NCBI GenBank assembly: GCA_038205015.1
Contig: JBBRCK010000005.1
Location: 1,656-65,655, forward strand
Direction: 5' to 3'
Source: Candidatus Levyibacteriota bacterium
GTDB lineage: Bacteria; Patescibacteriota; Microgenomatia; Levybacterales; UBA12049
DNA: 64,000 nucleotides
Shown here: positions 60,365 to 64,000 of the stretch, piece after piece
How the letters are laid out: every line of letters begins with the position of its first letter
How positions within the stretch are numbered: position 1 is the stretch's first letter
Translations under genes and position numbers: made by a program
The notes under the pieces: generated by a model
The model's database searches: none
What the model saw: the letters and a program-made list of their open reading frames with translations, nothing else
Told to the model about the DNA's origin: nothing

Positions 60365-60864
60365 TTTATTAATATTTCTTTTAATTTCTTAAGTCCTCTA
60401 AATTGTAATACTCTTATATTTACTTCTGTTGTGTCTAAAATTTCGGCAGCCTCTTTTGCAGATAAATCATCTACGAATCTTAATAACACAACCTCTTTTA
60501 GATTCTCTGGTAAAAATTTAAGGGCATTGTTAATTTTTCTTAAATTTTCATCTTTATGAATTCTCTCTATTAAATCTTCATCATAAGATGGCTCAAGGCC
60601 CATTTCTACTGTTTCTTCCAAAGAAACTTTTTTACCGTTTTTATGTTTTCTATAATGGTCTATTAAAATATTTTTGGCTGTTTTATACAATAATGCTTGT
60701 ATAAAATCATGCTTTAGCTTTTTCCAATTTTTCCAAATTCTTAAAAAGGCTTCGCTCGTAATATCCTCTGAAAGATAAGGATCTGAGGTACTTAAGTATA
60801 TGTACCTGTAAATTTTGTCCGAATATTTTATGTAAATAGTTTCGAATTCTTTTGAAAATTGCAT
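60361..60864 (-). CDS. ECF-subfamily RNA polymerase sigma factor (sigma-70 regions 2 and 4)
   Basis: Region 2 (..DITSEAFLRIWKNWKKL.., ..LYKTAKNILIDHYRK..) and region 4 HTH (..VVLLRFVDDLSAKEAAEILDTTEVNIRVLQFRGLKKL..); start at the internal Met MQFSKEF... Confidence 0.8.
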   Translation of the reverse strand: MQFSKEFETIYIKYSDKIYRYIYLSTSDPYLSEDITSEAFLRIWKNWKKLKHDFIQALLYKTAKNILIDHYRKHKNGKKVSLEETVEMGLEPSYDEDLIERIHKDENLRKINNALKFLPENLKEVVLLRFVDDLSAKEAAEILDTTEVNIRVLQFRGLKKLKEILIK

Positions 60865-60928
60865 CAAACATATTTTATCACACCAATATATGTAACGAAT
60901 ATTTTTGTGTTTCGTTATAAATTTTGTT

Positions 60929-61432
60929 ATGAACAAAACAATCACCATATTATTCTTAGCATTACTACTTATACTTACGCAAAATAAGACTCTTTCACTT
61001 GCCCAAACTAAATCTACAAATATTAATAATCAAATTGCAATCAGTGATGATTCAGATAAAGTTGAGATTTCAGATGATAATCACGGCAATTTAAACAGTG
61101 CGTCAAACACTAATAAAAATGACTATGAGAATGAATCTGAGGATGATAGTATTAACGGAAGAAAAATTGTTGCCAAACCTGCTTTATCGCTACCTCTACT
61201 AAAAGTGACTCCAACTGTTACTATTACTCCAACAACTACTCCTACTACGCCAGCTCTTGGAGTTTCTGGTAACTCATCTGATAACATAGTCGTAACCCCT
61301 ACACCTACTACCCAACAGTTAAGCCTACAGGATTCTAAAACAGAAAGTCCAAGCGCAGGTTTTGATTTTATGAAAGAAATAGAAAAACTTTTAATTTCTT
61401 TAAAAAAGATCATCTTTAATACTCTAGGTTAA
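60929..61432 (+). CDS. secreted Thr/Pro-rich hypothetical protein
   Basis: Signal peptide MNKTITILFLALLLILTQNKTLSLA; acidic N-domain; TPT repeats (TITPTTTPTTP..TPTPTT); divergent from the ECF sigma operon. Confidence 0.45.
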   Translation: MNKTITILFLALLLILTQNKTLSLAQTKSTNINNQIAISDDSDKVEISDDNHGNLNSASNTNKNDYENESEDDSINGRKIVAKPALSLPLLKVTPTVTITPTTTPTTPALGVSGNSSDNIVVTPTPTTQQLSLQDSKTESPSAGFDFMKEIEKLLISLKKIIFNTLG

Positions 61433-61528
61433 ATTAATAACTTGCTGTTAATATGAATACTGTCCTTGGGGCCTTAAAAGATATAATTAGTTTTATAAAA
61501 TATTTCTACTTCGGAGAGATAATTTGAC

Positions 61529-63061
61529 TCAAACTTTCTCTACATAACCAGGGAAAAAGTCTGTAATAATTTGCCTTCTTGATATATGTAAGCTTTTTAA
61601 AGTCTTCTCAAAATTCTGAACCATTAATTGCGGTCCGGAAATATAATATGTACGGTTTTTATAATCCGGCATTTCTTCGGCAATCATTTCTTGAGTAATA
61701 TATCCAACTTTCCCTGACCAACTTTGGGGAATATTGTCTTTATCTGTTAATGTAAAAATTGTTTTTACCCCATTTGCAACTGCAGTATTCAGAGTATCTA
61801 TAAAAAGAATCTCATTTGCTGTTCTGTTTGAGTAAAACAAAACAATATTTACTGAGAGATTTTTATCGGTAATGTACTTAATCATACTTCTAAATGGCGC
61901 TATTCCAACTCCCCCTGCAACAAATACCAGAGGCTTTTTTAAATCTTTTGGCAAGGTAAAATCTCCTGCCAATTGAGATGCAATAATTTTGTTTCCCTGC
62001 ATTATACCCAACAGTTCTTTTTTATATGTACTTGATGGATCATAAAACTTAACTGTCATAAATATATCGCTCTCCGTTGGAGATGAGGCAATACTAAAAT
62101 ACCTTCTATTTCCTCTCGAATCAGTGTTTTTATGAGGAAGAGTCCATTCCATGTACTGCCCTGGGATAAACTTAAAATCAGGCGTTCTATCGAATGCAAA
62201 AGCATAAGTGTCAGGTGATAATTGTTTTTTCCATTTTAAAGATAAATCTAATCTATAATTCGAACTTATAAAATACGAAAACACATTACCTATAATTAAG
62301 GCCATTTCGGGCGTAAAACCAAAGCTAATTAACCTAAGTTGCGGCGTTGCGTATAAAATAGCAACTAAATATCCATAATATCCCTGAAGCTTATTTGTTG
62401 TGGGAGAAGTCATGGGCTCTGTTAACATTACAAAAGTAAAGAAAAATAAAGCAGAATCTAATACACTTAACTTCCAGGTCGTTAATACGGATATTAAAGA
62501 TGCAGAATGTAACAATGATCCGATTGTAAGTACTAAAAGATAAACTATTAAAAAACTAAAGACTAATTTTTCTCTTCTAATTTTTCTTACCAGCAAAAGT
62601 CCACCAATAAAAACAAATGGCAACATTATTGGCGTACCTACCCACCAGGTTGCGCTGTTATTAGTTAAAAGCGCAATAATAACAACTGCCGCGGCAGCAG
62701 GATTGAATAAATGTCTTTTCTCCACGGTTAAAAGATATTTAACACCCATCGCAAAGACAGACGCTTCAATTAAAAATTTAAGATTAGTAGGAAATGAAAG
62801 TGGAATTATTAAAGCTAAAATAAGTGCCGTAATAAAAACAGACTCTACATTAGTAATTGCATTAAATAGTTTCGCTAGTAAAAAATTTGAAGCAAAACAA
62901 ACAACTACCAAAATTAGTGAACTGATAATTATATCTAGTGGACTAAAGGGTAAAAAATGAAAAAAGCCAAAAAGAATCGATATTAAAATTAATACGATTA
63001 AATAATACAGAGTTAATCTGTACATTGTTACCTTATTTAAAAGCGAGTCGATTAATTCCAT
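61529..63061 (-). CDS. fusion protein: N-terminal RnfD/NqrB-like membrane domain plus C-terminal ferredoxin-NADP-reductase-like FAD/NAD(P)-binding oxidoreductase domain
   Basis: N-terminal ~300 aa polytopic with ..RHLFNPAAAAVVI.. (the RnfD/NqrB NPA-type motif) and ..FVMLTEPMTSPTT.. (resembles the flavinylated region of RnfD/NqrB). C-terminal domain has RRYFSIASSP (RxYS FAD site) and GGVGIAPFRSM (NAD(P) site). Confidence 0.6.
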   Translation of the reverse strand: MELIDSLLNKVTMYRLTLYYLIVLILISILFGFFHFLPFSPLDIIISSLILVVVCFASNFLLAKLFNAITNVESVFITALILALIIPLSFPTNLKFLIEASVFAMGVKYLLTVEKRHLFNPAAAAVVIIALLTNNSATWWVGTPIMLPFVFIGGLLLVRKIRREKLVFSFLIVYLLVLTIGSLLHSASLISVLTTWKLSVLDSALFFFTFVMLTEPMTSPTTNKLQGYYGYLVAILYATPQLRLISFGFTPEMALIIGNVFSYFISSNYRLDLSLKWKKQLSPDTYAFAFDRTPDFKFIPGQYMEWTLPHKNTDSRGNRRYFSIASSPTESDIFMTVKFYDPSSTYKKELLGIMQGNKIIASQLAGDFTLPKDLKKPLVFVAGGVGIAPFRSMIKYITDKNLSVNIVLFYSNRTANEILFIDTLNTAVANGVKTIFTLTDKDNIPQSWSGKVGYITQEMIAEEMPDYKNRTYYISGPQLMVQNFEKTLKSLHISRRQIITDFFPGYVEKV

Positions 63062-63063
63062 AT

Positions 63064-63801
63064 TTAATTAGTGTACCTACTAAAACCTTCGGTATAAACT
63101 GCCTGCTTATCCCTCCTTATAATATAACTCTCAAATCCCTTTAACGTTACTATAAAGTCTAAACCTTTTTCTCCCATCGCAAATATTGCCGTTGCGAATC
63201 TGTCTGCTTCGTAAACATTTGGACCGATTACCGTAACGCTAACAATTTCACCAACATTATCTTTATTCTTTGGATTATAAATATGCCCCCCTCTTATATA
63301 GTTTCCCGAAGTTGCAATTCCTTTATCGCTTAATTTTACAATCTTTATTATTTCTTTTATGTTAAACGGATTTTGAATCCCAATTTTCCATTCTTTTCCC
63401 TTTTCATCTTTCCCATAAACCTGTATGTCTCCGGCAATTTCAACATAGATATTTTTATATCCCTTTTTAAGTAATTTTTTCGCTCCCTCATTAATTGCGT
63501 ATCCTTTGACAACTCCCGAAGGATCTAAAATTCCTTTATTATTAATATCAAAAAATCCATTTGTTTCCTGTTTTGTTTTTTCACACAAAAAAAGAATATT
63601 CTTCATTTCCTTACTATAATCTGATTCTTTTAGCTCTCCTCTGTTAATCTGAGAAATTTCACTGTCTTTTTTGTAAGTACTAAATTTTTTGTCAATATAG
63701 TGAAAATACGAAAAAACTTCATTAATATCTTCTTCTTTTATATCTCTATCAGCAACCTGTATCGTAACAGGCATACTCATAATGATTGCGGTTTTTTTCA
63801 T
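63064..63801 (-). CDS. apbE: FAD:protein FMN transferase (ApbE family)
   Basis: ..GIATSGNYIRGGHIYNPKN.. and ..EADRFATAIFAMGEKGL.. ApbE signatures; start at the internal Met MKKTAIIMSMPVTIQV.. Confidence 0.7.
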   Translation of the reverse strand: MKKTAIIMSMPVTIQVADRDIKEEDINEVFSYFHYIDKKFSTYKKDSEISQINRGELKESDYSKEMKNILFLCEKTKQETNGFFDINNKGILDPSGVVKGYAINEGAKKLLKKGYKNIYVEIAGDIQVYGKDEKGKEWKIGIQNPFNIKEIIKIVKLSDKGIATSGNYIRGGHIYNPKNKDNVGEIVSVTVIGPNVYEADRFATAIFAMGEKGLDFIVTLKGFESYIIRRDKQAVYTEGFSRYTN

Positions 63802-63825
63802 TCGTTCTTTAAGATAAAAAAATTC

Positions 63826-64000
63826 TATTCTTCCAATTCTTTGGCGGCGTTTCGATAAGCACAATAATCACAAGCTGATAAAGAATTTGGAATTGTGCTT
63901 AAATTTAGACATTTATAAGCATCTTCAACCGTTTTGCCAACCCAAGAATCATCTCCAATATATGGAATAATTTTTATATCAAACTCAAGTTTTGCATCAA
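63826..64000 (-). CDS. C-terminal fragment of a PP-loop ATPase-like protein (QueC-like CxxCxxRxxA zinc motif); gene continues beyond the window end
   Basis: Reverse frame reads ...IIPYIGDDSWVGKTVEDAYKCLNLSTIPNSLSACDYCAYRNAAKELEE*; only ~58 codons visible. Confidence 0.3.

Overview
This 64 kb window is a low-GC chromosome segment, roughly one third G+C judged by eye. The mix of a type IV pilus operon, an H+-pyrophosphatase, many small hypothetical genes and short intergenic spacers is consistent with a small-genome Patescibacteria/CPR-like or Gram-positive-like bacterium; that placement is inference.

Core content:
- A type IV pilus operon on the minus strand: pilB, pilT, pilC, pilin, pilD, pilin, pilin, and a partial fourth pilin at the window edge.
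- Housekeeping genes: holB-like, gyrB, gyrA, folD, murI, yebC, efp, dnaB, hisS, rpmE, a class I release factor, murB, ctpA, rpsF-ssb-rpsR, ychF, DNA-repair glycosylases, and tRNA-Leu(CAA).
- A copper-homeostasis operon: csoR, a small TM ORF, copA, a membrane/Cu-binding protein and copZ, preceded by a CsoR-type palindromic operator.
- A membrane H+-pyrophosphatase.

Accessory or unusual content:
1. A block at about 9.4-11.5 kb of five small hypothetical genes, apparently GC-richer than the flanks, each behind its own near-consensus promoter, with a 26-bp element repeated at two gene ends.
2. A secreted protein carrying two tandem six-cysteine modules with beta-defensin-like spacing.
3. A long (~860 bp) ORF-free structured region.
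4. At 59-64 kb, a cluster reading as a flavin-based transmembrane electron-transfer system: an ApbE flavin transferase, an RnfD/NqrB-like membrane domain fused to an FNR-like NAD(P)H oxidoreductase, and an extracytoplasmic FMN-binding protein, next to a cation-diffusion-facilitator transporter under an ECF sigma/anti-sigma pair.

Two general observations. Many promoters place a TTGACA-N16-18-TATAAT element less than 12 nt from the start codon, which predicts widespread leaderless mRNAs. ATGA and TAATG start/stop overlaps are common.

Coordinates that come from the ORF track are exact. Motif, tRNA and small-ORF coordinates were derived by eye and may be off by 1-2 nt.
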